34,554 bases of DNA from Planctomycetota bacterium (GTDB lineage Bacteria; Planctomycetota; UBA11346): NCBI GenBank assembly GCA_038213805.1, contig JBBQSO010000058.1:1-34554 (forward strand). The letters run 5' to 3'. A program made the translations under genes and the position numbers. A model generated the notes under the pieces. It had not been told where the DNA came from, searched no databases, and was given only the letters and a program-made list of their open reading frames with translations. The first letter of the stretch is position 1; each line of letters begins with the position of its first letter. Shown here piece after piece: positions 9,020 through 20,605 of the stretch.

Positions 9020-12000
9020 ATGCCAAACCCAACCTCGATCAAGACGATCTGCTGCTACTGCGGCGTCGGCTGCGGCATCGAGGTCAGCCGCGACGTGCGC
9101 GGCAAGCTCAGCCTGCGCGGCGACCCCGACCACCCCACCAACCGCGGCATGCTCTGCTCGAAGGGGCGCACCCTGCTGCACGTGGTCGCAGCGCGTGATG
9201 AGCGGCTGCGCACGCCCCAGGTACGCCTGGACCGCGACCAGCCGCTTGGGCGCACCGGCTGGGACCAAGCGCTCGGGCACATCGCCGCGACCTTCAAACG
9301 CATCATCGCCGAGCACGGGCCGGATGCGGTCGGATTCTACTGCTCAGGGCAGATGCTGACCGAGGAGTACTACATCGTCAACAAGCTGGTGAAGGGTTTC
9401 CTCGGCACCAACAACATGGATACCAATTCGCGACTCTGCATGTCGTCGGCCGTGGCCGGCTACAAGCAGACCCTGGGCGCGGACGGGCCGCCGATCGCCT
9501 ACGAAGACATCGAGAGCTGCGACACCTTCCTGGTCACCGGCGCCAACCCGGCGTGGTGCCACCCGATCCTGTGGCGGCGCGTCGAGGCGCGCAAGGCCGT
9601 CGACCCCGCGGTGCGCATCATCATCGTCGACCCGCGCGAGACCGCTTCGTGCGCCGGGGCCGATCTCCATCTCAAGTTGCGCCCCGGCACCGACGTGGCC
9701 CTGCACCACGGCCTGGCGCGGCGGCTGTGGGAGACCGGCGCGATCGACGAGGCGTTCATCGCCGACCACACCGAAGGCTGGGCCGAGCTGCAGGCCGCCT
9801 TCGCGCCGTGGACGCTCGAGCGCACCGCCGCGGAGTGCGGGCTGGCGGCCGCGGACATCGCCCAGGCCGCGGCGTGGCTGGCGGGCGACCGGCGCTTCCT
9901 GTCGCTATGGACGATGGGCCTCAACCAGAGCTCGGTCGGCGTCGACAAGAACGCCACGCTCATCAACCTCTCGCTGATCACCGGCAAGATCGGCAAGCCG
10001 GGCTGCGGGCCATTCAGCCTCACCGGCCAGCCCAACGCCATGGGCGGGCGCGAGGTGGGCGGCCTGGCCAATCTCGCCTCGGCGCACCGCGACCTTGCCA
10101 ACCCCGCGCACCGCGCCGAGATCGCCGCGCACTGGGGCGTGGCCTCGGTCCCCGAGCAGCTCGGGCTGTCGGCGCTGGAGATGTTCGCCGCGCTGCGCGA
10201 GGGTCGCATGAAGGCGGTGTGGATCATCGCCACCAACCCCATCGAATCGCTGCCCGACGCGTGGGACGCCGAGGCCGCGCTGCGCGCCGCCGAGCTGGTC
10301 GTGGTCCAGGACTGCTACCCGACCGCCACCACGGCCTTCGCTGATGTTGTGCTGCCCGCGGCGACTTGGCTGGAAAAGACCGGCACGATGACCAATTCGG
10401 AGCGCCGCATCGGCCTGCTCCAGCCGCTCGTCGCTCCGCCCGGCGATGCCCTGCCGGACGTCGCCATCATCGCGCGCTTCGCCGCCCTGATGGGTTGGGA
10501 ACGCTCCTTCGCCTACGCGGACGCGGCCGCGATCTTCGCCGAGCACGCAGCGCTGACGCGCGGCCGCGACTGCGACATCAGCGGCCTGTCGCACGAGAGC
10601 CTGCGCATCGACGGCACGCGCCAGTGGCCGGCCCCGGCGCTGGACGCGCCGGCGGTACCGCGGCTCTACACTGATCACCGCTTCCAGACCCCATCGGGCC
10701 GCGCCCGCCTGCGCGCCCCGGCGATGCTGTCGCGCAGCGAGCCGCTGAGCGCCGCGCACCCGCTGATCCTGACCACCGGGCGCCTGCGCGACCAGTGGCA
10801 CACCATGACCAAGACCGGGCGCGTGACCAAGCTGCGCGACCACGTCGACACCCCCTTCTGCGAGATCCACCCGGACGACGCCGGCCCGCGCGGCGTCCGC
10901 AGCGGCGACATCGTGATCGTCAGTGGCGCGCGCGGCGACGTCCAGGTGCGCGCCGAGGTCACCACCACGATCCGCGCGGGGGTGGTATTCCTGCCCATGC
11001 ACTGGGGCCGCCAGCGCGGCGGCGAGCGCGGACGCGCCAACAACCTCACCAGCCCGATCTACGACCCGATCTCGAAGGAGCCGGACCTCAAGTTCAGCGC
11101 CGTCGAGGTGCGTCGCCACACCCCGCCGGCGCGCGAGATCCTGATCGTCGGCGGCGGCGCCGCGGCGTGGGCCTTCATCGCCGCGCACCGCCGCCACAAC
11201 CGTGACGACCGCATCACGGTGTTCGGCGAAGAGCCGCTGCCGATCTACAACCGCGTGCTGCTGCCGCACTATGTCAGCGGGCACAGCTCGTGGGCGAGCA
11301 TGGTCAAGGGCGGGGAGGCCGAGCTCGCCGCCCAGGGCGTGGCCTTCCGGCCCGGTGTGCGCATCGTGCGCATCGAACGCAAGGCCCAGGAGATCGTCGA
11401 CGCCGGTGGCGGCCACCACCGCTACGACGTGCTGATCCTCGCCACCGGCAGCCGGCCCGCGCGCCAATATCAGGGCCCGCTACCGGCGCACGGCGTCTTC
11501 GGCCTGCGCAAGCGCAGCGACGCCGAGGCCATCCGCGCCCTGGCCGGCCCGGGCCGCAGAGCGGTGATCATCGGCGGCGGCGTGCTCGGCATCGAGCTCG
11601 CCGACGCTCTGCACAGCCTGGGCACGCACGTCACCGTGGTGCAGCGCAGCGACCGCCTGATGGGCCGCTCGCTCGATGCACGCGCCGCGGCGCTGTTGGC
11701 CGAGCACCTCAGTGGGCGCGGGATCGCCCTGCGCTTCCGCGCCGAAGTCGACGAGCTGCAGGGCGGCGACCGGATCACCAGCGTCACGCTCAAGGACGGC
11801 AGCGTACTGCCCTGCCACCTGGCGGTGTTCGCCACCGGCACCGCCCCCAACGCCGAGCTGGCGCGCGCGGCGGTGCTCGATTGCTCGACCGGCATCAAGG
11901 TGGACGCACACCTGCAGACCTCGGACCCGGTGATCTTCGCCATCGGCGAGGTCGCCGACTTCGACAGCCAGTCAGCCGGCACCACCGCCGCCGCAGAGGA

Positions 12001-12541
12001 ACAGGCGCAGGCGCTCGCCGAATTCCTGCGCGGCAACCTGCACGCCGGCTACCGCGGACCGGTCAACGCCAACATCCTCAAGGTCGAGGGCGTGCAGCTC
12101 GCCGCGATCGGCACGGTCGACGCCGACGGGCCCGGTACCAGCGCGGTGGTCTTCGACGACCCCGACGGCGGCATCTATCAGAAATGCGTGATCCGCGACG
12201 ACCGCCTGATCGGCGTCATCATGCTCGGCGACACCGCCCTGTTCCCCGACTACCGCGACCTGGTCGCAAGCGGCTGCGAGCTGGAGGAGCGCCGCGCCAC
12301 CCTGCTGCGCCCCAGCGGCGAGATCCGCCGGGTCGAGGGGCCGCTGGTGTGCAGCTGCAACCAGGTCGGGGCGGACACCATCGCGCGCGCGGTGCGCGAG
12401 CAGTCGGCCGCCGGCCCCTGTGAGCTGCAGGCAGTGTGCGCGGCGACGCGCGCGGGGACCTCGTGCGGCAGCTGCCGGCCCGAGGTGCAGAAGCTCATGC
12501 AGACCCACGCCGCGCCGCCCGCGGCCGCGGCCCTGGTCTGA
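9020..12541 (+). CDS. nasA: Assimilatory nitrate reductase: Mo-bisPGD catalytic domain fused to FAD/NAD(P)H oxidoreductase and BFD [2Fe-2S] domains
   Basis: TICCYCGVGCG..MLCSKG 4Fe-4S motif, NMDTNSRLCMSSA, SLTGQPNAMGGRE, LTTGRLRDQWHTMTKTG; then ILIVGGGAA, LATGS, IIGGGVLGIE, and VCSCNQVG..GTSCGSCRPEV. Real start is MPNPTSIKT, not 8735. Confidence 0.92.
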   Translation: MPNPTSIKTICCYCGVGCGIEVSRDVRGKLSLRGDPDHPTNRGMLCSKGRTLLHVVAARDERLRTPQVRLDRDQPLGRTGWDQALGHIAATFKRIIAEHGPDAVGFYCSGQMLTEEYYIVNKLVKGFLGTNNMDTNSRLCMSSAVAGYKQTLGADGPPIAYEDIESCDTFLVTGANPAWCHPILWRRVEARKAVDPAVRIIIVDPRETASCAGADLHLKLRPGTDVALHHGLARRLWETGAIDEAFIADHTEGWAELQAAFAPWTLERTAAECGLAAADIAQAAAWLAGDRRFLSLWTMGLNQSSVGVDKNATLINLSLITGKIGKPGCGPFSLTGQPNAMGGREVGGLANLASAHRDLANPAHRAEIAAHWGVASVPEQLGLSALEMFAALREGRMKAVWIIATNPIESLPDAWDAEAALRAAELVVVQDCYPTATTAFADVVLPAATWLEKTGTMTNSERRIGLLQPLVAPPGDALPDVAIIARFAALMGWERSFAYADAAAIFAEHAALTRGRDCDISGLSHESLRIDGTRQWPAPALDAPAVPRLYTDHRFQTPSGRARLRAPAMLSRSEPLSAAHPLILTTGRLRDQWHTMTKTGRVTKLRDHVDTPFCEIHPDDAGPRGVRSGDIVIVSGARGDVQVRAEVTTTIRAGVVFLPMHWGRQRGGERGRANNLTSPIYDPISKEPDLKFSAVEVRRHTPPAREILIVGGGAAAWAFIAAHRRHNRDDRITVFGEEPLPIYNRVLLPHYVSGHSSWASMVKGGEAELAAQGVAFRPGVRIVRIERKAQEIVDAGGGHHRYDVLILATGSRPARQYQGPLPAHGVFGLRKRSDAEAIRALAGPGRRAVIIGGGVLGIELADALHSLGTHVTVVQRSDRLMGRSLDARAAALLAEHLSGRGIALRFRAEVDELQGGDRITSVTLKDGSVLPCHLAVFATGTAPNAELARAAVLDCSTGIKVDAHLQTSDPVIFAIGEVADFDSQSAGTTAAAEEQAQALAEFLRGNLHAGYRGPVNANILKVEGVQLAAIGTVDADGPGTSAVVFDDPDGGIYQKCVIRDDRLIGVIMLGDTALFPDYRDLVASGCELEERRATLLRPSGEIRRVEGPLVCSCNQVGADTIARAVREQSAAGPCELQAVCAATRAGTSCGSCRPEVQKLMQTHAAPPAAAALV

Positions 12542-12556
12542 CCGCGGCTGGTGCGC

Positions 12557-14310
<1,754 letters not shown>

Positions 14311-14314
<4 letters not shown>

Positions 14315-14748
14315 AGCCGCACCCGACCGGTGAACGCCCGCCCCTCGATCTGCTGCTGGTCGAGGACGACGAGGTCGACGTGCTGGCCATGCGCCGTGCC
14401 CTCGTGCAGTGCGCGCTGCCGCACCGTCTGCACGTGGCCAGTGACGGCCAGACGGCGCTGGCCGTCCTGCGCCGGCGCCCGGTCGCAGCCGGGTCGCGCT
14501 GGCTGGTACTGCTCGACCTCAACCTGCCGCGCATGGGTGGGCTGCAGCTGCTCGCGGCGCTGCGCGCCGACGGCGCGCTGGCGGCCGTGCCGGTGGTGGT
14601 GATGACCACCTCCAGCGACAGCAACGACGTCCGCGCCGCCTTCCGCCACCAGGTGGCCGGATTCTTCAGCAAGCCGCTCGACCCGCTGCAGGCGGCCGCC
14701 ACCATGTCCACCATCACCGCCTATTGGATGCTGAGCGAACTGCCATGA
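14311..14748 (+). CDS. Single-domain response regulator (Rcp1-like)
   Basis: LLLVEDD, LLDLNLPRMGG, VVVMTTS, SKP, and a YW C-terminus; ATGA overlap with the kinase stop. Confidence 0.9.
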
Positions 14749-16196
14749 CCACGGACGCCCCCATGCCGCAGGCCGCCGAGCGCCTGCGCCTGCTGCTCAT
14801 CGACGACGACACCGTCGATCGCATGGCGATCCGCCGCAAGCTCGCCGAGGCCGGGGTCGACGCGGATTTCCACGAGTGCGCCGATGCCGAGCACGGCAGC
14901 GCCACGCTCGACCGGGGCGGCTTCGACGCGGTGCTGCTCGACTACCACCTGCCGGGCGCGAACGGCAGCGCGGTGCTGGCGCGCGCGCGCGGTGGGCGCA
15001 CGCCGATCGTGGTGCTGTCAGGGCAGACCTCGCCGCAGATCGTCGCCGAGCTGATGAAGGAGGGCGCCAGCGATTACCTGGTCAAGGACGGCCTGACCAG
15101 CGAACGCCTCGCCACCACTGTGCGCAACGCCATCTCGGGCAGCCGCGCGCGCCTGCTCGCCGTCGAGCGCGCCGCCGCGCTGCGCGTGCTGGTCGAGGCG
15201 ACCGCGCCGGTGGTCGGCAGCGATTTCTTCAGCGTCCTGGTCCGCCACCTCGCCCTGGCGGCGCACGCGCGCCACGTGGCGGTCGCCGAACTGATCGACG
15301 ATGGCGGCACCTGCCGCAGCCTGGCGCTGTGGTCGGACGGGGCGCTCCAGCCGCCGCGCGAATGGGCGGTGGCCACCGCGCCCTGCCGCGAGGTGCTCGC
15401 GGGCGGGGCGGCGGTCGAACGTGCGGACGCGCACCTCGACTTCGCCGCGCGCCAGGGACAGCTCGCGGCGACGGCCTACCTCGGCCTCGCGCTGCGCGAC
15501 GATCACGGCCGTCCGCTCGGCACGCTCAGCCTGTGGAGCGATGCGCCGCCGCAGGGCAGCGCGCGCGCCAGCCTTGATGCCATCCTTGCGGTGGTGGTCG
15601 AGCGCGCCGCCGCCGAACTGCTGCGCCTGCGCACGCAGACTGCCCTGACCAGCAGCCTGCGCCTGGAAAAGGGCCTGACCGGCTGCGCGCGCGCGCTGCT
15701 CGCCGACGTCCAACCGCCGCGCACCCTCGATCTCGCCCTGCGCCACCTGGTCGAGACCACCAACGCCAGCGCCATCACCCTGTTCGAAAACGAGGAGGAC
15801 GGCGCCGGCGACCGCTGCCTGCGGCGCACCGCCAGCGCCACGATCGGCGAGGCCACCCTCCCCGCACCGGAGGTCCTGCCGTACCGCAGCGGCCTGCGCC
15901 GCTGGGAGAACGACCTGTCCTCAGGCCTGGCGGTGGGCGGACTGGTACGGCACCTGCCGGGCGACGAGCAGAGCCTGCTCGCCGGGGTGCGCACGGTGCT
16001 CGCCCTGCCAGTGAATGTTCGCGGCGAGTGGGTGGGCTTCCTGCGCATCGACGACTGCCGCACCGACTACCGCTGGCTCAAGGAAGAGGTGCGCCTGCTG
16101 CGTAGCGGCGCGGACCTGGTGGGCGCTTACCTGGAACGGCGCGGGCCGCTCCATGGCCTGCGCCGGCAAGGACTTCCAGCCTCAGTCGAGCGCTAG
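14745..16196 (+). CDS. Response regulator receiver with two GAF-like domains and no recognisable output domain
   Basis: LLLIDDD, LLDYHLPG, ASDYLVK; GAF-like GSDFFSVLVRHLA..APCREV..AYLGLAL and VLALPVNVRGEWVGFLRIDDC..RWLKEEVRLL; ATGA overlap with the upstream gene. Confidence 0.85.
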   Translation: MTTDAPMPQAAERLRLLLIDDDTVDRMAIRRKLAEAGVDADFHECADAEHGSATLDRGGFDAVLLDYHLPGANGSAVLARARGGRTPIVVLSGQTSPQIVAELMKEGASDYLVKDGLTSERLATTVRNAISGSRARLLAVERAAALRVLVEATAPVVGSDFFSVLVRHLALAAHARHVAVAELIDDGGTCRSLALWSDGALQPPREWAVATAPCREVLAGGAAVERADAHLDFAARQGQLAATAYLGLALRDDHGRPLGTLSLWSDAPPQGSARASLDAILAVVVERAAAELLRLRTQTALTSSLRLEKGLTGCARALLADVQPPRTLDLALRHLVETTNASAITLFENEEDGAGDRCLRRTASATIGEATLPAPEVLPYRSGLRRWENDLSSGLAVGGLVRHLPGDEQSLLAGVRTVLALPVNVRGEWVGFLRIDDCRTDYRWLKEEVRLLRSGADLVGAYLERRGPLHGLRRQGLPASVER

Positions 16197-16385
16197 TGGG
16201 CGAGCCCGCACCGACGTCGCGGGCAACCGGGCCCAGTGGGATCGACAGCGGACATTCTCCTGCCAGTTGCTCATTCTTGATGCAGCATCCAGGATGGTTT
16301 CCTGCGCCGATCCGGCCTAACCTGCCGGTATTGTAAACAATTGAAGCATTTCCGCTTCGGCGCGTCCTGTGCATCACGACGAAGC

Positions 16386-17957
16386 ATGCATACTTGGCCC
16401 ACCCGTGTCGGTTCCGTTCTTCAGATGCTCGACCCCGCCGTTGGACCGCGCCTGATCCTGGAGCGTCTGTGGCATGAGGTGAAGACCTGGAACACCATCG
16501 GCGGCATCTGGCTGCAGTGCCGGCCCGGCCACCTGACCCCCTCGGGCACCTTCATGGTCGGCGCCGCGCTCGAGGACGCCGAGGAGATCGCCGCGCTGGC
16601 GACCCCCGCCACCGCGCCCATCCAGACCGACAGCCTGCCGGTGGTCGCGCGCCAGCTGCGCGACGGCAACGTACCGATCGCCACGCTGATGGTCAGCCAC
16701 ACCACCTCTGAGGACGCCGCCTCGTTCCTGGTCGACGTGCTGTCCCGCTACTGCATGGACCGCCTGCGCGTGCAGCTCGAGGTCAGCGAGCTGGCGGAAG
16801 AGAACCAGGTGCTGCGCGGCGCGCTCTCCTACGACGTCAAGCAGCACGACATCCTCAGCAACAGCGGGGTGATGAACTCGCTGATCCAGAGCGGCGTGCG
16901 CGCCGCCGCCTCGACCGCGACGGTGCTGATCCAGGGCGAGACCGGCACCGGCAAGGAGCTGCTTGCCAAGCTCATCCATTCGCACAGCCACCGCGCGCAC
17001 AAGCCGATGGTGGCGATCAACGCCGGCGCGCTGTCACCGAGCCTGCTTGAGAGCGAGCTGTTCGGCCACACGCGCGGGGCCTTCACCGGTGCCGACCACG
17101 ACCGCAAGGGCCTCTTCGAAGTCGCCAACGGCGGCACGCTATTCCTCGACGAGGTCGGCGAGATCGGCCCCGAGGCGCAGGTGCGGCTGCTGCGCGTGCT
17201 GCAGGAGAAGACCATCACCCGCGTCGGCGACCACACGCCGCTGACCGTCGACGTGCGCATCATCGCCGCCACCCACCGCGACCTAGCCAAGGACGTCGCC
17301 GCCGGGCGCTTCCGCGAGGACCTCTTCTACCGCCTGAACGTCGTCAACCTGCTGGTCCCGCCGCTGCGCTCGCGGCGCGAAGACATCCCGCTGCTGATCA
17401 ACCATTTCCTGCAGAAGTACAACCGCGCCAACTTCAAGAACGTCGACGAGGTGCCGCGCGGCGTGCTCGAGATGCTGATCAACTACCCGTGGCCGGGCAA
17501 CATCCGCGAACTCGAGAACTGCGTGCAGAAGGCGGTGGTGCTGGCGCCGAGCACGGTCTTCATCGACGAACTGATCCCGCCGACCATCCGCACCTACACC
17601 GAGAACCTGCCGCGCGAGAAGCGCCAGCAGCTCGCCGACAGCGGCCCCGCGCCGGTCATCGACCCGGTCGCCAACCTCGGCCAGGCGCTTGAGCGCTACG
17701 CCGACAACGCCGGACCTGATGTCGGCAAGTTCTTCACTCAGGCCGAGAAGATCCTGATCATCTACGCCCTGACCAAGGAGCGCGGCGTGAAACTGCGCGC
17801 GGCCAAGGCGCTGGGCATCAACCGCGTCACCCTTGACCGCAAATTGCTCGAGTACCACATCAACGTCAAGCGCGGCCAGGGCGTGGTCACCGGCGCCGAG
17901 AGCGAAGCCGCCGAGGCCGAGGCCGAGGACGGGCCCGCGCATCTGACGGCGGTGTGA
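16386..17957 (+). CDS. Sigma54-dependent enhancer-binding protein (AAA+ and Fis-type HTH) without a receiver domain
   Basis: [66 protein letters not shown]. Start uncertain (16386 or 16425). Confidence 0.93.
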   Translation: MHTWPTRVGSVLQMLDPAVGPRLILERLWHEVKTWNTIGGIWLQCRPGHLTPSGTFMVGAALEDAEEIAALATPATAPIQTDSLPVVARQLRDGNVPIATLMVSHTTSEDAASFLVDVLSRYCMDRLRVQLEVSELAEENQVLRGALSYDVKQHDILSNSGVMNSLIQSGVRAAASTATVLIQGETGTGKELLAKLIHSHSHRAHKPMVAINAGALSPSLLESELFGHTRGAFTGADHDRKGLFEVANGGTLFLDEVGEIGPEAQVRLLRVLQEKTITRVGDHTPLTVDVRIIAATHRDLAKDVAAGRFREDLFYRLNVVNLLVPPLRSRREDIPLLINHFLQKYNRANFKNVDEVPRGVLEMLINYPWPGNIRELENCVQKAVVLAPSTVFIDELIPPTIRTYTENLPREKRQQLADSGPAPVIDPVANLGQALERYADNAGPDVGKFFTQAEKILIIYALTKERGVKLRAAKALGINRVTLDRKLLEYHINVKRGQGVVTGAESEAAEAEAEDGPAHLTAV

Positions 17958-18013
17958 ACCGCGCAGCGCGCCGCACGAGCGACGCGTCACACCGCCGCCA
18001 GACTGCCGTCCTT

Positions 18014-18059
18014 GGAGTCCGGGAGTCCGGGAGTCCGGGAGTCCGGGAGTCCGGGAGTC
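18014..18059 (+). repeat. Tandem octamer (GGAGTCCG) x5 plus a partial copy
   Basis: Copies start at 18014, 18022, 18030, 18038 and 18046; partial copy at 18054. Confidence 0.95.
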
Positions 18060-18087
18060 GCTACGGAGCGGTAGCCGCTCCGTAGCG
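18059..18087. terminator. Perfect 13-bp hairpin between convergent genes; possible bidirectional terminator
   Basis: cgctacggagcgg-tag-ccgctccgtagcg. Confidence 0.55.
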
Positions 18088-18123
18088 GCACGTTGCGGAT
18101 CCGCTGGCGACCTGGTGCCCACA

Positions 18124-18160
18124 AGACTTCCGGACCCCGGACTTCCGGACTTCCGGACCT
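18124..18160 (-). repeat. Degenerate octamer tandem array (reads GGAAGTCC on the minus strand)
   Basis: agacttccggaccccggacttccggacttccggacct, immediately after the HAD stop codon. Confidence 0.85.
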
Positions 18161-18165
18161 CGCCG

Positions 18166-18831
18166 CTACAAAAGCTCCTCGATCTCCCCCGGGCGCTCCA
18201 CTACCCAGTCGAAGCCCATCGCGCGCACCTGCTCCGGCGTGTGGATTCCCCAGGTCACGCCTACCGAGCGCATGCCGGCGGCGTGCGCGGCTGCGGCGTC
18301 GCTGCCGCTGTCGCCGACGAAGATGCAGTCGCTGGGCGGACGCGCCATGAGCCCGGCGGCGAGCAGCAGGCCGGCCGGATCGGGCTTGGGCGCGGGCATG
18401 TCCTGCTCACCGATCAACGCGGCGAAATGGTGGTCAAGGCCGAAGCCGGTCAGCACCGCGCGCACAAAGCCGCCATCGTTATTACTGACCACGCCCTGCG
18501 GCAGGCCCCGGACCGCGGCAGCGGTGAGCAGCTCCGGGACACCGGGGTAGAGCGTGGCTAGGCCCGCGAGCTCGCGAGCGATGCGGTAAAAGGCGTGGGC
18601 GAGCCGCCACTGCCCAGCGCTGTCGGTCACGCCGCTGTGGTGGCCCATGCGCGGCGCGGTGGGCAGAACCATGGCGGCGATGATCGCCGTGCCGGCGTCC
18701 TCGGCGTGGCCGTGTTCGCGCAGCGCGCGGTTGGTCGCCGCCACCACCACCGGCAGCGAGTTGACCAGCGTGCCGTCGTGGTCATAGAGCACGCCATGGA
18801 TGGGAGCCGAGCGCGGCGGACGGCTGGTCAC
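18166..18831 (-). CDS. HAD-superfamily hydrolase (phosphoglycolate phosphatase-like)
   Basis: YDHDGTLVNS, GVVSN, KPDP, FVGDSGSD, GVTWG. Confidence 0.9.
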   Translation of the reverse strand: MTSRPPRSAPIHGVLYDHDGTLVNSLPVVVAATNRALREHGHAEDAGTAIIAAMVLPTAPRMGHHSGVTDSAGQWRLAHAFYRIARELAGLATLYPGVPELLTAAAVRGLPQGVVSNNDGGFVRAVLTGFGLDHHFAALIGEQDMPAPKPDPAGLLLAAGLMARPPSDCIFVGDSGSDAAAAHAAGMRSVGVTWGIHTPEQVRAMGFDWVVERPGEIEELL

Positions 18832-18901
18832 GGTGATCCGACGCTCCTGGTGTCCGCATCCCTGCCACGGCCTGGTCGCAGCGCGCCGCCCTCATCCCAC
18901 G

Positions 18902-18946
18902 AGACTTCCGGACTTCCGGACTCCCGGACTTCCGGACCTCCGGACT
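18902..18946 (-). repeat. Degenerate octamer tandem array, same family as 18014 and 18124
   Basis: agacttccggacttccggactcccggacttccggacctccggact, immediately after the ppnP stop. Confidence 0.9.
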
Positions 18947-18953
18947 GTCCCCT

Positions 18954-19235
18954 CTAGATGAATTCGCAGAGGTACGCCGCCGGCGTCACCGCCTTGACGT
19001 CGAAGCCGCTCTTGCCGGCGATCTCGAAGCTGGTGCCGGCCGGATAGGTCAGCCACTGCGACGAACCGTCGAACTTCGCCTGCAGCTCGCCGCTGATCAC
19101 GGTCATGCGCTCGGGGGCGTCGGTGCCGAAATGAAACTCGCCGGGCGCGATCACGCCAGCGGTCTGACGGCGGCCATGGCGCTCGAAGCCGATGCTCTGA
19201 ACCTTGCCGTCGAAATAGGAATTGTGCTTCAGCAT
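18954..19235 (-). CDS. ppnP: Pyrimidine/purine nucleoside phosphorylase (DUF1255 cupin)
   Basis: MLKHNSYFDGKVQSIGF..GEFHFGTDAPERMTVISG..AYLCEF; 93 aa, matching PpnP/YaiE. Confidence 0.92.
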   Translation of the reverse strand: MLKHNSYFDGKVQSIGFERHGRRQTAGVIAPGEFHFGTDAPERMTVISGELQAKFDGSSQWLTYPAGTSFEIAGKSGFDVKAVTPAAYLCEFI

Positions 19236-19347
19236 AGGGCTGCGGATCGTGGGTCGCTGGACGCGCGCGCCAGCGATTTCTGCGGCCACGATCGGAAGTG
19301 CGACGGAGCCCCACCTTCGCCGGCTCCAGCGCCCCCTACGACCACGC

Positions 19348-20568
19348 TCACGGCCCCGCTGGCGACGCGCGCAGGCGCTCGACCGCCTCCCTCAGCGCCC
19401 GCGCCGTCGGCAGATCGCTGAACAGGAAGCCGTGCCGCGCGAAGGCCGGGGATGCCAGCAGGGGTGCGACGGCCGCGGTCTTGGACAGCGCGCGGTCCAC
19501 CCCAATGACCAGGCGCGGCGCGACCCCCTGTTCAAGGAGCGCGAGGCGCCGGCCGAGCGCACTGCCGTGCCAGCGGTGGAAGAGCTCGACCGGGAAGAGC
19601 GCACCGTCCACCCCCACCTGCAGATCAGGCACCACCAGCTCGCCCGAGGGCAGCGGCAGCAGTTGGCCGTCCTCGACGCTCCACCCCGGCAGCTTGGCGG
19701 CGAGCTGGTCGGCGATGCCGCGCAGCTCGTCCGGCAGGTGCCCGAGGAAATGGCTGTCGCCGACCAGCCCGGTGTCCTGGTCGAGTTCGAGCAGGACGGT
19801 CCCGCGCCCGGGTCCCTCGTGCCGCGGCGGGGGCAGCTCGGCGCGCACCGACCAGCGCCGCGCGCAGGCCACCGCGGGCAGGAACAGCGCGAGCTGCACG
19901 CCGTAGCGGGTGGCCTGGTCGAGCACGTTGCCGGGCCCGGATACCACCAGGTCCAGCACTGCGGCGTTGTCGCAGCGCACCGTGGCGAGCAGGCGGCGGA
20001 AGCGCAGCGCCTTGAGGATGCGCCGGCGCAGGCCGGTGTCGGCGTCATCGATGGTGACGCGCAGCTCGCGCGCCTGCAGCAGCAGCCCCTGGCAGAGCGC
20101 AAGATTGTAGTGGTCGATGAGCTGGCGCGCGCTCTGCGCGGGCGCCTCCTCCAGCACGGCGGCGTCGGGCAGGTCGCCATAGAGGCGCTCCACCAGCTCG
20201 TCGGGGTGCAGGCCAAGCTCGGCGGCGACGGCTTCGCGATGGGCGGTCACGGTGGCGGCCGGCGCCGCCATGCGCGCGGCCGACGCGGCGAGTGCCGCCC
20301 CGCGCAGGATCTCGGACGAGGCCGCATCGCGGAAGCGGCAGCCGTCGAGGATGAGCTTCTGCAGGCCACGCCCGACCAGCAGCGCGCGGCTCTGGTGGAG
20401 CAGCGGCATGGCGCCGTCCTCGAGATCGCCGCGGCGCTGCCCGACCCCGCCGCGCCAGTAGGCGATCAGCCGCTCTGCCTGCTCGACCGTGCCCGGCGTC
20501 ACGCGCAGCAGGGACGGCAGCATCCGCCCATCGACGATCTTGCAGCGCAGGAGTTCGCGGTTCAGCAT
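19348..20568 (-). CDS. DUF790 family protein (Bax1-like predicted nuclease)
   Basis: MLNRELLR, RGLQKLILD, LYGDLPD, YNLALCQGLL, KFRRL-like LRFRRL, VSGPGNVL..TRYGVQLALFLP, VPDL..PVE; follows an XPB-like helicase. Confidence 0.85.
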   Translation of the reverse strand: MLNRELLRCKIVDGRMLPSLLRVTPGTVEQAERLIAYWRGGVGQRRGDLEDGAMPLLHQSRALLVGRGLQKLILDGCRFRDAASSEILRGAALAASAARMAAPAATVTAHREAVAAELGLHPDELVERLYGDLPDAAVLEEAPAQSARQLIDHYNLALCQGLLLQARELRVTIDDADTGLRRRILKALRFRRLLATVRCDNAAVLDLVVSGPGNVLDQATRYGVQLALFLPAVACARRWSVRAELPPPRHEGPGRGTVLLELDQDTGLVGDSHFLGHLPDELRGIADQLAAKLPGWSVEDGQLLPLPSGELVVPDLQVGVDGALFPVELFHRWHGSALGRRLALLEQGVAPRLVIGVDRALSKTAAVAPLLASPAFARHGFLFSDLPTARALREAVERLRASPAGP

Positions 20569-20605
20569 CGCGGCCACCCCGCTCCGCGCTGCATACGGTA
20601 AGAAG

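Noticed and set aside
16386..17957. Calling the activator NifA or NtrC
   Set aside because: No receiver domain, no nif genes and no recognisable NifA-specific features; only the generic enhancer-binding core is supported.
18014..18946. Repeat arrays as a possible CRISPR array
   Set aside because: Units are 7-8 bp in tandem with no unique spacers, and there are no cas genes in the window.
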